From the NCBI GenBank assembly GCA_963976765.1, contig CAXBME010000003.1:372001-436000 (forward strand): DNA of 64,000 bases, read 5' to 3'. The position numbers and the translations under genes were made by a program. The notes under the pieces were generated by a model. It saw only the letters and a program-made list of their open reading frames with translations, did not search any database and was not told the DNA's origin. Below are positions 30,983-42,471 of the stretch, one piece after another. Each line of letters begins with the position of its first letter. The first letter of the stretch is position 1. The stretch comes from an uncultured Planctomycetaceae bacterium (lineage in GTDB: Bacteria > Planctomycetota > Planctomycetia > Planctomycetales > Planctomycetaceae).

Positions 30983-32239
30983 TCAGGCTGCTGCGGTGAC
31001 TTCTGAATCACCGGCAGGGAATTCGAAGAACGAATCCCAGGCTTTGTCGAGGTGAGCAAGTGCTTCGGGGAGTTGAATGGCGATGCAGCGGCCGGTTGAG
31101 GTTTCGACAGTCAGACCGAGGCGTTTCAGTTTGGCCAGGGCGTCGTCGACTTCGAAATCGATGTCGACTCCGGCCTTTTCCTGGAGAAAGGATTCAACTC
31201 GGCGGTCGAGTTCATCCTGCGTCCAGCCACCGGACGGGGCTTGTCGGCGGAGAATTTCGTAAGCCAGGATTGCTTCGCGAAATTCCTGCTCTTCCACTTC
31301 GTCGAGCAGACGGAACAGGACTCCGGCGTTGTTGTCGAGGTTCTGGTAGTACAGATTCTTCGTCAGGTTGAGCTGGTACTTGTCTTTGGCTCGAAGGTAG
31401 CCGAAGAACGATTTAACTCCGTATCCGACCGTGCCGCCGATCAGACCGAGGAACGCGAGAATCCCGGACATCCCGGACGCCAGCATGCCGACCGCGTTGT
31501 TGATGATTTTTCCGACGGTGACCACGACGCCGGAAATTGTCGGCAGTAGAATCTTCGCCCGATCCAGGAGCGTCATGCAGACCTTCGTGCCGGGAAACAG
31601 CATCTCCAGGTCGACTCGCGGAATGTTTTTGAAAATCTTCAGCGTCACGGCGTCAAGGTTCGAATTCGCGGCCAGCCGCTGGTGGTCCTTCAGCCGGAAG
31701 ATGATGACCAGTCGCTGGTAGATCGGAACTTCGACTTCCTGCTGCTTGAACAGCGTGCGGAAATTTCGAACTGTTCGTGTCGTCGTCACTTCGCCGCGTG
31801 AGTAGACCTCAAGCCTCTCGAACACGTCGAAGTCAACGTCCAGGCGAACTCCCCAATCAGTCGTATCGTTCAGCGCGGCTTCGATTTCATCCTGATCAAG
31901 ATGCCGAAAGTTCGCTCGCTCCAGCAGGGTCACCATATGCTGAAAGAGCGTCGCCACGTCGCCGTCGTTCGAGTAAGTACGCAACTGATCGTTCACGACG
32001 GTGTCACGATCCGGGTCGAACGCAGCATAGGCGTCCTTCAGTTTTTCCAACTCATCGTGATACTCGAAGTGGAACGTCGCTTCGAGCATCCGGCACAGAT
32101 CCCGAAACTGCGAACGTTCCAGCTCATTCAGCGAATGATCGTCGACCAGCAGCCGGATCAGATCGGCTTTTCGGACCGGAATGAAGTGTTCGCGTTTTTC
32201 GACAGCCGGTGCAAGCAGCGGGAGAATGTTCGCATCCAT
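30983..32239 (-). CDS. DUF3754/TMEM143-family protein
   Basis: REHFIP, YAAFDPD, LKIFKNIP..DLEMLFP, LYYQNLDNN.GVL, EEQEFREA.LAY, DFEVDDALAKL. Confidence 0.82.
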   Translation of the reverse strand: MDANILPLLAPAVEKREHFIPVRKADLIRLLVDDHSLNELERSQFRDLCRMLEATFHFEYHDELEKLKDAYAAFDPDRDTVVNDQLRTYSNDGDVATLFQHMVTLLERANFRHLDQDEIEAALNDTTDWGVRLDVDFDVFERLEVYSRGEVTTTRTVRNFRTLFKQQEVEVPIYQRLVIIFRLKDHQRLAANSNLDAVTLKIFKNIPRVDLEMLFPGTKVCMTLLDRAKILLPTISGVVVTVGKIINNAVGMLASGMSGILAFLGLIGGTVGYGVKSFFGYLRAKDKYQLNLTKNLYYQNLDNNAGVLFRLLDEVEEQEFREAILAYEILRRQAPSGGWTQDELDRRVESFLQEKAGVDIDFEVDDALAKLKRLGLTVETSTGRCIAIQLPEALAHLDKAWDSFFEFPAGDSEVTAAA

Positions 32240-32439
32240 GCGAATTCGATCCTGTTGAACAATTTGAGCGATTATAAGCGGGCAGTTTTGTAGTCGAACA
32301 TTGCCAGTTCGGGGTATGCCAGCTTTGGGCAGGAGAGTGAGGATTGATCGAGGAAAGTCCCCTTTCATTCGCAATTGAGACCACGTGAGGTGGTGACATT
32401 ATCGTAGCAACAGCCAGCACGTCTTCAGGTGGAATCGCA

Positions 32440-33350
32440 GTGCTGGTGACGCGCAACGGGGAGATAGTTCATCGCCGCGGCTACGGTTCCACCAGCGGTC
32501 GTCCGATTACAAGCCAAACCAGGCTAAGCTTTGCGTCGGTGACAAAACAATTTGCGGCTATGTGCGCCGCAATGCTGATCGAAGAAGGCCGACTTGATCC
32601 AGACGAGAAGGTGTCCCACTATTCGCTGGGCCTCAAGCTGCCGATGAAGGGCCGCGAACTGCGTGTGAAGGATCTACCATGGCACACGCGCGGTCTCACA
32701 AATTTCATCCACTCGAAAGAACAAGAATCTATTGCTGAGTTCAAGCAAGAACATGGTTTACAGTACCTGAACAATTCAACCCACGCGCAGTGGCTGGCAA
32801 CGATGAATCTCCGTCGTGCTCCGGGGCAGGAGTTTGAATACACAAACTCCGGCTATGTGCTACTGGTAATGTGCTACTGGTTCGGATTATCGAGGTGATC
32901 GCCCGCGAACCATTCTACAAGATTCAAAAACGACGCATCTTCGATGTGCTGGGCATGACACAAACGACGGACAGTACACGCTTCAATGGTTCCGGCAACA
33001 TGGGGACCACGCTCGTCGACTACACCAAATGGGATCGGGCGTTGTGGCAACAGGATCCTCGGTTGTTGTCCGTGGCTGGTTATAAAATGCTTTTCGCTCA
33101 AGGCAAGTTTGATAACGACGAACCAATTGACTACGGATTCGGTTGGCGGCTGGAATGCCGAAACGGCAAACTGTTGACTGCAGAACATGACGGTGCAGGC
33201 AGTGGAACGACTGCCGCTCGCAATCTCATTCGTCGTCACTTTAAAGACGGAATCACCGTCGCAATTTTCGCTCAGGACCCCCCCCAGCTTGGTCGAAGCA
33301 ATCGCGAGGAATTCGTGAGCGAAATCTACGAGTGGCTACTCAGAAATTGA
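32440..33350 (+). pseudogene. Serine hydrolase (beta-lactamase/AmpC-like), frameshifted and apparently 5'-truncated
   Basis: SxxK (ASVTK) and YxN (YTNSGY) in ORF 32440-32898; continues in a second frame (IIEVI..IFDVLGM..YGFGW) after a 14-nt insertion at 32868-32881. Confidence 0.8.
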
Positions 33351-33382
33351 CACGCTCCCCTGTGCCCTTCTAGCCAACTCTG

Positions 33383-35530
33383 CTATTCGCCAGAAGATTC
33401 GGCTCCCCATGAATCAATGAGCCGGAGCTTCTTCGCTTTCAGTTCCGAGTAACAATCCGGCAAGTCGAATTTTGCCAGGACGTTCGGCAGTAAGGTCGAG
33501 AGTGGCCAGTCGTAGTGTTCGCTTTCCGCGATGTCTGCATAGGAAGTAAGCGTATGTTTGAGCGTCACTTGCGTGATCTGGTCGGACATCACGGCGGCGA
33601 ATGTCGCGGCGAGCGCTCCCCAGCCTTGACCGATCAGATGGATGTCGGTGTGGCCTGCCGCGGCCAGCCAGTCGAGAACTCGCAGGACGTCGAAAACCTT
33701 CTGGCCAAGGTACGGCCGATCCAGCATCAGGCTGTGGATTGCGTAGAAGTAGTCGCTACCGTACGCGGTGTGGAAGGATCCGGGATTGCATGTGTCCGGC
33801 AACGACTCACCAATACCGCGGACGTCGCAGGTGTAGACGGGCGAGTCGGGTTCCGCCTTCATCACCTCACGAATTAATGGCTCGTCGCGCAGTTCCGAGT
33901 CGCTGGAAAGATGCGACACGTAAAGAATTGCACGTTTGCCGGCACGAGGCGGGCGCGAATGCCAACTTTCATTGGTCAGCCGGTAGACGATCGCCTGGAT
34001 GCCCGGCTCGGTGTCGACGGTGTATGCCATTGCATATTTTGTTGGATAGCCGCTCGCCTTCAGGTGTCTGTAGTTGCGATAGTCAGGTACGCCCATGCGA
34101 TTTGCAGGCAGCTTCAACACATCCGCCACGGCACGCTTCAGCGCGGCGCCGCTGAGCGACTTGCGGCCGGACCTCAGTTGCTGCGATTTTTCGCGAGTGA
34201 ATTCAAACACGGTACGCGTCCCGTCGAGCGTGGCCACCTGTCCCTTCTCGGTACACCACAGTGTTTCGTCTTTCTCAATCGTAATCTTCGGTTCCGCAGC
34301 AAACGCTACGCCGACCGTTGCCGTGAGCACTCCGTCGAACGTCCGATTCGCGTCATCGGCAGAAAGCCCGGTTGCCCGGTTGAACCACGAATACATGGCT
34401 TCGCGGTTCTCCCGCGAGTAGCCATGACCGGTGGGTCCAACAAACAGAGCCACATTGTCTTCGGCATCCAGCAGACGATACAGTCGCCGCAACCGTTCGT
34501 AGGTTTCTTCCGATCCGCGCACATCGAAGTAGTCGCGTTCCTTAGCGAGAATAATGACCGGGTGGGGAGCCATAGCGGCGAGAAAGTCGGCATGATCCAG
34601 ATTGAGTGCGAGGGCACGGGGCGGGCACTGTTCCGTGTCCTGCGGCAATTCGTTTTCCATGTTGCGACGAAACGTTGTTACAAAGCAGCTCGGGGCAGCC
34701 ATCGTCCAGCGGGGTTCCACGCCGCTTAACCATGTCGTCATCGTCCCGCCACCTGAGTTGCCGGTCACGCCAACTCGCTGTTTGTCGATTTCCGGACGAG
34801 TGAGTAGATAATCGAGCGCTCGGATACCGTCCCACGCCCGCCACATCCCGAAGAATTCGCCGACCAGGAACTGCTGGTTGCCCGCATGCAGATGTTCGCG
34901 CACGCCCACGCCGATGTGTGATGACAGATCATCCTGGACGTACTGCAGTCGCTCTCCCTGGCCAATCGGATCGTAAATCAAACAGACATAACCCAGCCGC
35001 GCCAGTCCCTGAGCAAACGCCTGGTAGGCTTCCTCTGCCTTTCCGTTGGTGGAGTGGCCGCAGGTGCCGACGACAGCCGGCAGCGGTCCCGTGTGATTCG
35101 CAGGAATGTAGAGATTTGCCGTGACGGGAAACCCGGGACGACTTTCGAAAATGACGTTTTCGATTCGGTAACCGTCGCGCTCAATAGTTTTTGTCACGCG
35201 AGGATTTAACGGTGTGCGTTGCGGTTCCGGCCCGAAGGACTCACGGATACGAGCCCGAGCATCATGCACGTACTGCTGCGCGTCGGCTTTCGTCTTGAGG
35301 CGATTCAGCTTCTCAATGTGTCGACGCCCCGACGTTCGCACCTGACTCACAAACCATTCATGCACCATGCGTGGAAAGCGGTTCATCGGCTTCGAATCAT
35401 CAGCCGCCGCAGCGTCGAGCCAACTGAGAGCTGGCAGAGCGATAACGCTGGCACCGATTGACACAAATGCCCGTCGACGCGAGAGCTCCTGGTTACGCGA
35501 TTGGCCAAACTCTGTTTGATCCGTTTTCAT
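33383..35530 (-). CDS. Tat-exported alpha/beta hydrolase (acetyl-xylan-esterase-like, two-domain)
   Basis: SRRRAF twin-arginine-like signal, FESRPG..VTANLYIP, GQGER, WDGIRALDYL, GNSGGG. Confidence 0.85.
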   Translation of the reverse strand: MKTDQTEFGQSRNQELSRRRAFVSIGASVIALPALSWLDAAAADDSKPMNRFPRMVHEWFVSQVRTSGRRHIEKLNRLKTKADAQQYVHDARARIRESFGPEPQRTPLNPRVTKTIERDGYRIENVIFESRPGFPVTANLYIPANHTGPLPAVVGTCGHSTNGKAEEAYQAFAQGLARLGYVCLIYDPIGQGERLQYVQDDLSSHIGVGVREHLHAGNQQFLVGEFFGMWRAWDGIRALDYLLTRPEIDKQRVGVTGNSGGGTMTTWLSGVEPRWTMAAPSCFVTTFRRNMENELPQDTEQCPPRALALNLDHADFLAAMAPHPVIILAKERDYFDVRGSEETYERLRRLYRLLDAEDNVALFVGPTGHGYSRENREAMYSWFNRATGLSADDANRTFDGVLTATVGVAFAAEPKITIEKDETLWCTEKGQVATLDGTRTVFEFTREKSQQLRSGRKSLSGAALKRAVADVLKLPANRMGVPDYRNYRHLKASGYPTKYAMAYTVDTEPGIQAIVYRLTNESWHSRPPRAGKRAILYVSHLSSDSELRDEPLIREVMKAEPDSPVYTCDVRGIGESLPDTCNPGSFHTAYGSDYFYAIHSLMLDRPYLGQKVFDVLRVLDWLAAAGHTDIHLIGQGWGALAATFAAVMSDQITQVTLKHTLTSYADIAESEHYDWPLSTLLPNVLAKFDLPDCYSELKAKKLRLIDSWGAESSGE

Positions 35531-35693
35531 AGGTTTCCATCTCTGCTGCGGGTCTTCGTTTGATTCGTAAAGCCAACGGACAGACCCACTCCTGAGCTAT
35601 TGCGAATTGAGACCAGGGTATTCGCAGTGAGTCTCGATTCACGAGGTGCTTTCCAGGTGCATGCAGGAAGTCTCGAAGCATTGTGAATTTCAT

Positions 35694-38600
35694 TCAACGG
35701 GCATTGAGTTCCGGTTGCAGATGTGATCTTTCTGTCTCGCTGTGTGCGATTGGTCGCAGGAGATTCAGCACATCTTCCAGGATCAGGTACAGACAGGGGA
35801 CCAGTACAAGAATAATCGCCGTTGAGAACAGGATTCCAAAGCCGAGCGAAATGGCCATGGGAATGATGTATTGAGCCTGTAGCGATTTCTCAAAGATAAG
35901 CGGGACCAGTCCGCCAAATGTGGTCAGAGTGGTCAGCAGGATGGGTCGGAAACGCCGGAGTCCTGCCTGGGAAATCGCGTCAAAGGCTCCAGCGTCCTGT
36001 TCGCGCCGACGGTTTGCGTAGTCGATCATGATCAGCGAGTCGTTGATCACAACACCAGACAGCGCAATCACTCCCATCAGGCTGACGAGCGAAATGTCGT
36101 AGCCCAGCCAGATGTGTCCCAGCACTGCGCCGACAATACCAAACGGAATAGCGACCAGGACAATGAGTGGCTGCACATAGTCCCGGAAAGCGACTGCCAG
36201 CAACGAATAAATCACAGCGAGTGCCAGGCCGAAGTAACCCCAAAGCGTCGCCGTGGCTTTCCGCATCTCAGCGTCGCTTCCTTCGAACGTCCAGGTGATT
36301 CCAGGGAAGTCGCGCCGCAATTGCGGCAGCGCGTCGTTGCGCAAGGCGGTGATAACCTGCGCGATGGCTCGCTTTGGCTCCACATCCATCGAAACACCGA
36401 TGGCTCGCCGTCCGTCTCGACGGTTGATTCGCGAGAACGACACTTCTTTCCGCAGTTCTGCGACATCCAGCAACGGAACTTCGGCGCCGTCGGGAGTCTG
36501 AATCACCAGGTCTTCGAGATGGTGGATGTCTTCCCGCTGCTCTTCGGGAAGTTTGACTCGGACTTCGACTTCGTTAGTTCCGCGAAGCAGTCGCAAAGCG
36601 AGCGAGCCGAAGAAAGCACCCCGAAGCTGTTCACCCAGAGACTCGTCAGTGAGCCCCAGCGCCCGGCCTTCCTGTCGAAGGCGAAAGTCGTACTGAGCCT
36701 TGCCTTTGTTGTAGTTGTCGCTGACGTCCCGCACATTGGAAAACTGTTCTACTCGCTGCACAAATGCAGGGGCCGCTTTTTCCAGGACGCTGATATCGCT
36801 GTGGCTGAGAGCGATGCTGATATCCCGCCGGTGACCTCCGGGCCCTCGTTCGGCTTCAAACGTGACCTGATCGACGCCAGGAAGATCGCCGATGGAATCA
36901 CGCCACAGCTCGATGACTTCGTTGGCCGTCATGTCTCGCTGATCGGGCGGCTTCAACACGATTTCGACATCGATAAAACTCTGCCCCCGGACGTTTGTTT
37001 TGATTCCTTCCGCAACTTCATGAAGGTTGTGTTCGTCGAACATCTTCAAGCTGGCTTCCGTGACCACGCGAGCGATCTCGGCTGATTGATCCTGAGTCGT
37101 TCCGACCGGCATTCGAACGCCGGCTTCGATTTCGTCGGCGGAGACTTCAGGCATCAGAATCATGCCCATATGGGTACTCGTCGCATAAACGCCGATCAGC
37201 AGGAACAACCCGAGTGCGACGACAGCAGTGACATAGCGGTAGCGCAGACTGAGGCGAAGAATCGGGCCATAGATGAGTTCCACAAGTCGATTGAAAATCC
37301 GGGCGAATCCCTGCTGTCCACCATGCAGCAATCGAGTCAGCCAGAATGTGCGTTTCCTGGAAGGTGCATGCGCCAGATGTGACGGGAGAATGAACAGAGA
37401 TTCAACCAGCGACAGCGTCAGCACGATGATCACGACGACCGGCAGCGGACTCCAGAACTTGCCGGTCTCGCCAGGGATAAACAGCAGCGGCACAAAAGCC
37501 ACGATGTTTGTCAGAATGCTGAAGACAACGGGTGAAGCGACCTCACGCGTTCCGTCTACTGCGGCGCCTTCGAAGCTCTTTGTCGTCAGTCGTTTCTCGT
37601 AGACGTTTTCACCAACGACCACGGCATCATCGACAACGATCCCGAGCACGACCAGAAATCCGAACAGCGAGATCATGTTTACGCTGACCCCGGCTACCGG
37701 AAGAAACATGATGCCGCCGATGAATGACACGACCATGCCCATCATCACCCAGAACGCCAGACGGAATTCCAGGAACATTGCCAGAATGACCAGCACGATC
37801 ACTACGGCCATCAGAGCATTATCTGTCACCAGCTGCAGCCGTCGGCGAAATTCTTCCGCGTTGTTGCCGTCGATTCGCCAGGTGACTCCGGGCGGAAGCA
37901 AAGCCTCGAATTCCGCCATCGTCTCCTTCACAATGCGTTCGATGTCAATGGGAGACTGATCACCGACTCGGAAGATATCGAGTTCGACGGACGGCGTCTG
38001 ACTGAATTGCGAATGAAACCCGACTTCTTCAAAACCGTCTCGAATTATCGCGATGTCGCCCAGAGTCACGACCGGACCGTCTCGCCCGGCAACAATTTCA
38101 ATCCGGGCAAATTCGTCTGCCCACTGCTTTCGCGCTTTCACACGCAGCAGAATCTCACCGGCACTCGTCTGGACAGATCCGGCGGCAACGTCCTGACTGG
38201 ACCGACGAATGATGTTGGCCACTTCCGGCAGCGTCAGGCCGTACTCACGAAGCTGCTGACGAGGGATCTCGATATGAGTCACATATTGAGGCACGCGATG
38301 CAGTTCGACCTGCGTGATTTCGTCGGTCGAAAGAAGAGTGTCCCGTAGCTGCTCGGCAAGTTTCCGCAGCGCCCAGATTTCGATGTCGCCATAGACGGAA
38401 ATCTGCATCACTTCGCGTTGTTCGGTCTGCAGGCGAACTTCCGGCTGCTCGATCTGGTCGGGGAAGGTTCGAATTCGACTGACCGCCTGATCGATATCCT
38501 GAAACGCCTTCATGCGGTCCTGACCGGCGACGAGTTCGATCAGCACCTCGCCGCGGCCTTCGCGAGCTTCGCTGTCGATGCGCTGAATGCCGTCGACGCC

Positions 38601-38849
38601 GCGAACTGCGCCTTCAATCGGTCGCAGGATTCCCTGTTCGACTTCGGCTGGCGAGGCTCCCGGATAGCCAACCTGGATCTCGACGATGTCCAGTTGCGAT
38701 TCCGGAAAGACTTCCTTCTGAATCGAAACGGCTCCCCAGATGCCTCCGCCGAGCAGAATAAACATCATCAGGTTGGCGGCAATCGAGTTGCGTGCCATCC
38801 ATGCGATTGGTCCTCGCGGGATTTCGCCAGTATCTGCGGGAGAACTCAC
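35694..38849 (-). CDS. RND efflux permease (AcrB/CusA-like)
   Basis: [54 protein letters not shown]. Confidence 0.96.
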   Translation of the reverse strand: MSSPADTGEIPRGPIAWMARNSIAANLMMFILLGGGIWGAVSIQKEVFPESQLDIVEIQVGYPGASPAEVEQGILRPIEGAVRGVDGIQRIDSEAREGRGEVLIELVAGQDRMKAFQDIDQAVSRIRTFPDQIEQPEVRLQTEQREVMQISVYGDIEIWALRKLAEQLRDTLLSTDEITQVELHRVPQYVTHIEIPRQQLREYGLTLPEVANIIRRSSQDVAAGSVQTSAGEILLRVKARKQWADEFARIEIVAGRDGPVVTLGDIAIIRDGFEEVGFHSQFSQTPSVELDIFRVGDQSPIDIERIVKETMAEFEALLPPGVTWRIDGNNAEEFRRRLQLVTDNALMAVVIVLVILAMFLEFRLAFWVMMGMVVSFIGGIMFLPVAGVSVNMISLFGFLVVLGIVVDDAVVVGENVYEKRLTTKSFEGAAVDGTREVASPVVFSILTNIVAFVPLLFIPGETGKFWSPLPVVVIIVLTLSLVESLFILPSHLAHAPSRKRTFWLTRLLHGGQQGFARIFNRLVELIYGPILRLSLRYRYVTAVVALGLFLLIGVYATSTHMGMILMPEVSADEIEAGVRMPVGTTQDQSAEIARVVTEASLKMFDEHNLHEVAEGIKTNVRGQSFIDVEIVLKPPDQRDMTANEVIELWRDSIGDLPGVDQVTFEAERGPGGHRRDISIALSHSDISVLEKAAPAFVQRVEQFSNVRDVSDNYNKGKAQYDFRLRQEGRALGLTDESLGEQLRGAFFGSLALRLLRGTNEVEVRVKLPEEQREDIHHLEDLVIQTPDGAEVPLLDVAELRKEVSFSRINRRDGRRAIGVSMDVEPKRAIAQVITALRNDALPQLRRDFPGITWTFEGSDAEMRKATATLWGYFGLALAVIYSLLAVAFRDYVQPLIVLVAIPFGIVGAVLGHIWLGYDISLVSLMGVIALSGVVINDSLIMIDYANRRREQDAGAFDAISQAGLRRFRPILLTTLTTFGGLVPLIFEKSLQAQYIIPMAISLGFGILFSTAIILVLVPCLYLILEDVLNLLRPIAHSETERSHLQPELNAR

Positions 38850-40186
38850 GGCGACGCCCCTTCGGCAGGGTTTTCGTCAATGAAGATGCCATCAGCCGCG
38901 GTGACTTCGCCGCTGTTGCCATCAGCAGAGTCGTCGTCGCCGTCGGTGTCGCCAGCTGCGTTCTCATCAACAGCGTTGTCTTCGACGGGCTCATCTTCCC
39001 CGGCGTTTGTCTTCCGCAAGAGCACACCGTTGGCCACGGTGGCCAGAGTCGTCGTGACAACTTCCTCACCGTTTTCCAGACCGGACCGGATATAGGCGAA
39101 TTCGGGATCCTGAAAAACGACCTCGGTCTCCCGGACTTCAAGCTGTCCGTCTTTCATGACCCACACCGTGTCGCGATCGTGAACGTATTCACGGTTCAGT
39201 CGAACGACATTTTCGATGGGTGTCCCGGCAATCCGTACCTGGATGATGGTATCAATGATCAAAGGCGGCAGGTCCGATTTCAGGCCGAGCGGATCGTCGA
39301 CGGTGATCAGAACCCGGGCGAGCCGAGTCTGTTCGTCCAGTGCACCAATCATCCGCTCCACGCGACCTGGCCGAGTTATCTCCGGTCCCCACGCATCGGG
39401 GTTGCCAAGTGTGACCGACGAGCCGTCGAGTTCGACATCCGTAAAATCTATCCAGCGGAGGTTTCGCACGGGAACGGCTGCCATGACCCAGTATTCATCA
39501 ATGCCGACGAGTTGCCCAAGATCGTCGCCGGGCTGAACCTGGGATCCCACGTTGACGTCACGTCGCAGAATCTGAGCATCGAACGGCGCCAACACTGTGG
39601 TGCGTTCCAGATCCAATTGAGCACGGTCCACGGCCGCTCTGGCTGCGGAAAGCTGCGACTGGATCGATGCAGCCTGAGGTTCGCGAAGCACGAGCGCGCG
39701 GCTGACGTCGCTGATGGAATCGCCAAGCAGTTCCAGTTCCTGTTTGGCGAGGGTCTGTCGGCCTTCTTCGATTCTCCAGGAGGCTTCGACCTGTTCCAGT
39801 TCGCTCTGACGTATCGAAACGGTGTTCTCAAAATCTGCCGGATCGATCTGCAACAGCAACTCACCTTTTTTGATCATCCCGCCAGGCGCAAAGGACGGGG
39901 ACAGCGACAGCACCTGCCCACGGACGCGAGGGCTGAGCACGATGTCCTGAGCCGGCTGCACTGTACCCAGAACGACCAGTTGAGGTGACCAGTTCCTTCG
40001 TTCGACGGTGACAGTTTCCACCAATGCCGCCGATTTCCGTCGATGGTTGATCTGCTCGGCCTTCGGCTCCGTCCGGTTAATCCACCAGACACCGGCAGCT
40101 GTCGCCGCAAGAACGACGAGGCACGTGAGTGTGTTGAGAATCACGCTCAACCAGCCGCGACCTCCTGTTGACCTGACATCACTCAT
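38846..40186 (-). CDS. RND periplasmic adaptor (membrane fusion protein)
   Basis: [38 protein letters not shown]; start ATG 40186 overlaps the end of the OMF gene; acidic tail. Confidence 0.92.
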   Translation of the reverse strand: MSDVRSTGGRGWLSVILNTLTCLVVLAATAAGVWWINRTEPKAEQINHRRKSAALVETVTVERRNWSPQLVVLGTVQPAQDIVLSPRVRGQVLSLSPSFAPGGMIKKGELLLQIDPADFENTVSIRQSELEQVEASWRIEEGRQTLAKQELELLGDSISDVSRALVLREPQAASIQSQLSAARAAVDRAQLDLERTTVLAPFDAQILRRDVNVGSQVQPGDDLGQLVGIDEYWVMAAVPVRNLRWIDFTDVELDGSSVTLGNPDAWGPEITRPGRVERMIGALDEQTRLARVLITVDDPLGLKSDLPPLIIDTIIQVRIAGTPIENVVRLNREYVHDRDTVWVMKDGQLEVRETEVVFQDPEFAYIRSGLENGEEVVTTTLATVANGVLLRKTNAGEDEPVEDNAVDENAAGDTDGDDDSADGNSGEVTAADGIFIDENPAEGASP

Positions 40187-41681
40187 CGACGCTGGCTTCC
40201 TCCTCGCGTTCATCCGCCTCAGTGGCGTCCGATTCAGGGGCGCCTGGTTCAGGTGGTAATAATGGTGGCGATACGGGAAATGTTTCCGGTAGTTCAGTTG
40301 CCGGGTCGGGGCGAGTATCAAAATCGCCAGCCAGCGCGAGATACAGACCAATCCGGATCAGAATCAAATCCAATCTGGCTGATAGCATCGCCCTTTGCAA
40401 ACGCTGTTGCGACTGAATGGCGCTAAGAACATCGAGGAAACTGGCATCGTCGGTGATTATCCTCTGGCTAAGTTGTTCGGAAGCCAGTTTGGCGAGGTCA
40501 AGCTGATCCTGAAGTTTTTCGATTCGCTGAATCTGGTAGCGTTCCAGAGCGAGACCATCTTCGACTTCCTGAAGTGCGATCTGCGTTGTCTGACGATATT
40601 CCGCAAATCGCTGGTGCATCACAGCACGAGCCCGTTCGACTTCCGCTCTCCGCTGACCGCCGTCCAGGATCGGGCCGATCAACTGGCCGCCGATCGACAG
40701 AAACCAGTCGCGGAAGAGCGATTCGGGATGCTCCGCCGCATTGACCAGCGACGCTCTTAGATTCAACCGCGGGTACTGATCCGTCACGGCCGCTTCGAGA
40801 TCGCGCTCCGCAGCAGAAAAGGCCAGATAAGCTCGGCGAACATCGGGGCGGCGATTCAGGAGGTCGGACGGAAGGCCGGTCGTCGGAAGTGGCGGCAGGT
40901 CGGGAAACACACTGCCCGGTGAATAAGTGGCCGTCTGTGGTGGCTGTCCAGTCAACACCGCGAGCTGATGTTCAAGTACCTCGATGTTCGCTTTAACGAC
41001 AATGATCTGCTCCAGCGTGGACTGAACAAGCTGCCGCTGCCGCAAGACGTCTGGACTGCCACCGCTACCGCCGGTCGCGAATCGCAGTTCAACGTTCTTC
41101 TGCGCCGTGCGATTGGAATCCAGTTGTTCGTCAAGCAGATCCAGTTGAGCGTATGATTCAATCAGAGAAAACCACGTGCGCGACACTTCGGCTGCCAGTG
41201 ACAACGCGACAGTGTGATAGTCAGCCTCCGTGGCGTCGGCACGAAACTGCTCCGCATCGACTCGTGCCTGAATCTGCCCCCACAGGTCAAGCTGATACGA
41301 AGCGTCGAGCCCCCATGTCGTGCGCGTCTGATTCTGACCAGACTGAAACGTGTGGCCGATGTCGACCAGGCCGTTCACGTCAGGGAAAAAATCTGAAGCT
41401 TCTCGCCTCGTGACTGCTCGGGCCGCCCTGAGTCGCTGTAGCGCAACCGTCAGGTCGAAGTTCCCCGTCAGCGCGAGATTCACTTCCCCGTCCAGCCCGG
41501 CGTCGCCAAATTCTTTCCACCAGCGCTCTTCCGCAACGGCATGTCCACTACCGGAAAACGGTGGAATGGAATCCACAGCGAACGACGGATAGGCGCCTTT
41601 TCCGGCACACCCCGATACCGCAAAGGCCAACAGGACGACACCTGCGACTACAGTTGGATGTGCGTCTTGAGCCATAACCAT
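40179..41681 (-). CDS. Outer-membrane efflux lipoprotein (TolC/OprM family)
   Basis: Lipobox [38 protein letters not shown]. Confidence 0.93.
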   Translation of the reverse strand: MVMAQDAHPTVVAGVVLLAFAVSGCAGKGAYPSFAVDSIPPFSGSGHAVAEERWWKEFGDAGLDGEVNLALTGNFDLTVALQRLRAARAVTRREASDFFPDVNGLVDIGHTFQSGQNQTRTTWGLDASYQLDLWGQIQARVDAEQFRADATEADYHTVALSLAAEVSRTWFSLIESYAQLDLLDEQLDSNRTAQKNVELRFATGGSGGSPDVLRQRQLVQSTLEQIIVVKANIEVLEHQLAVLTGQPPQTATYSPGSVFPDLPPLPTTGLPSDLLNRRPDVRRAYLAFSAAERDLEAAVTDQYPRLNLRASLVNAAEHPESLFRDWFLSIGGQLIGPILDGGQRRAEVERARAVMHQRFAEYRQTTQIALQEVEDGLALERYQIQRIEKLQDQLDLAKLASEQLSQRIITDDASFLDVLSAIQSQQRLQRAMLSARLDLILIRIGLYLALAGDFDTRPDPATELPETFPVSPPLLPPEPGAPESDATEADEREEEASVDE

Positions 41682-41963
41682 CCCGCATCACCCCGTACCG
41701 CTCGTCTGAATCCGAAAGCTGCAGAAATCAGGCTGACTTTTTCTATTCTGCTCAATGAATCGATAACGGCGCATCGGATCGTTATTCCTTATCGAACGAA
41801 AAGCACGCCACACCCTAGCATTTTCTGCTCAAGTGGCTCAGTTCAACGGACAAACATCCCTTGACGGACACATCTGGACACTGGAGACACCAGATTCGCT
41901 GTCATAACGAAGGTCAGGTTGAAGCGCCCGGAGAACCAGTGAGTCGCGTATGTCGGAGGAAGT

Positions 41964-42077
41964 TTACGCAGCCGTGCGGTGGTAGTACCTCAGCAGACCG
42001 CCGAGCTTCAGCTCATCAATCGTCTTGAGGATCATGCCGACGTGGGAGTCCAGCTCCTGCACGTGCTCACGAAACAG
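41964..42077 (-). pseudogene. Chimeric remnant: sulfatase-like fragment joined in frame to an integrase/transposase-like C-terminus
   Basis: Manual translation LFREHVQELDSHVGMILKTIDELKL-GGLLRYYHRTAA*. Confidence 0.55.
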
Positions 42078-42079
42078 TC

Positions 42080-42375
42080 ACCTGTGAGACAGCATGGATT
42101 CAAGGCATCGACCTGTATGGAGCATTGGACAGCCGACTGCTGAGAGGATTCGAGTACACACAGCAAAGTACAACCTCGGATTCGACGTCCTTTATGAGCC
42201 CTACGAAAGTGTGGAAGGACGCTATCACTACAAGACACATTCAACCGACAGCCGCGGCCGGCTTCGCCCGATGTACGAGCGAGTCCAGCATCACGGCCAC
42301 AACGGCATCACGGCCACAACCGCCAGGGACGGGCAGCACCATTCACCGAACAGGCTGCTCTCAAACTCCGGTCGA
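42080..42375 (+). pseudogene. Fragment of alginate-lyase-family (PF05426-like) gene, twice frameshifted
   Basis: Reconstructed CETAWIQGIDLYGALDSRLLRGFEYT/AKYNLGFDV...RGRLRPMYERVQHHGHN/RQGRAAPFTEQAALKLR; 2-nt CA insertion at about 42161 and 17-nt duplication at 42288-42320. Confidence 0.65.
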
Positions 42376-42471
42376 CTGCTTCTCAGGTAGATGCCGAGTC
42401 ATCGAGGTTCTGCTGTATCCGGCTCCTCAAGTCTTGAAACGCGACTTCTGCCGACGAAAGCGTTTGTTCGT

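Noticed and set aside
32440..33350. Programmed frameshift or functional beta-lactamase
   Set aside because: The shift is explained by a 14-nt duplication, the N-terminus appears missing and the HxxG motif region is degenerate; a pseudogene is the simpler reading.
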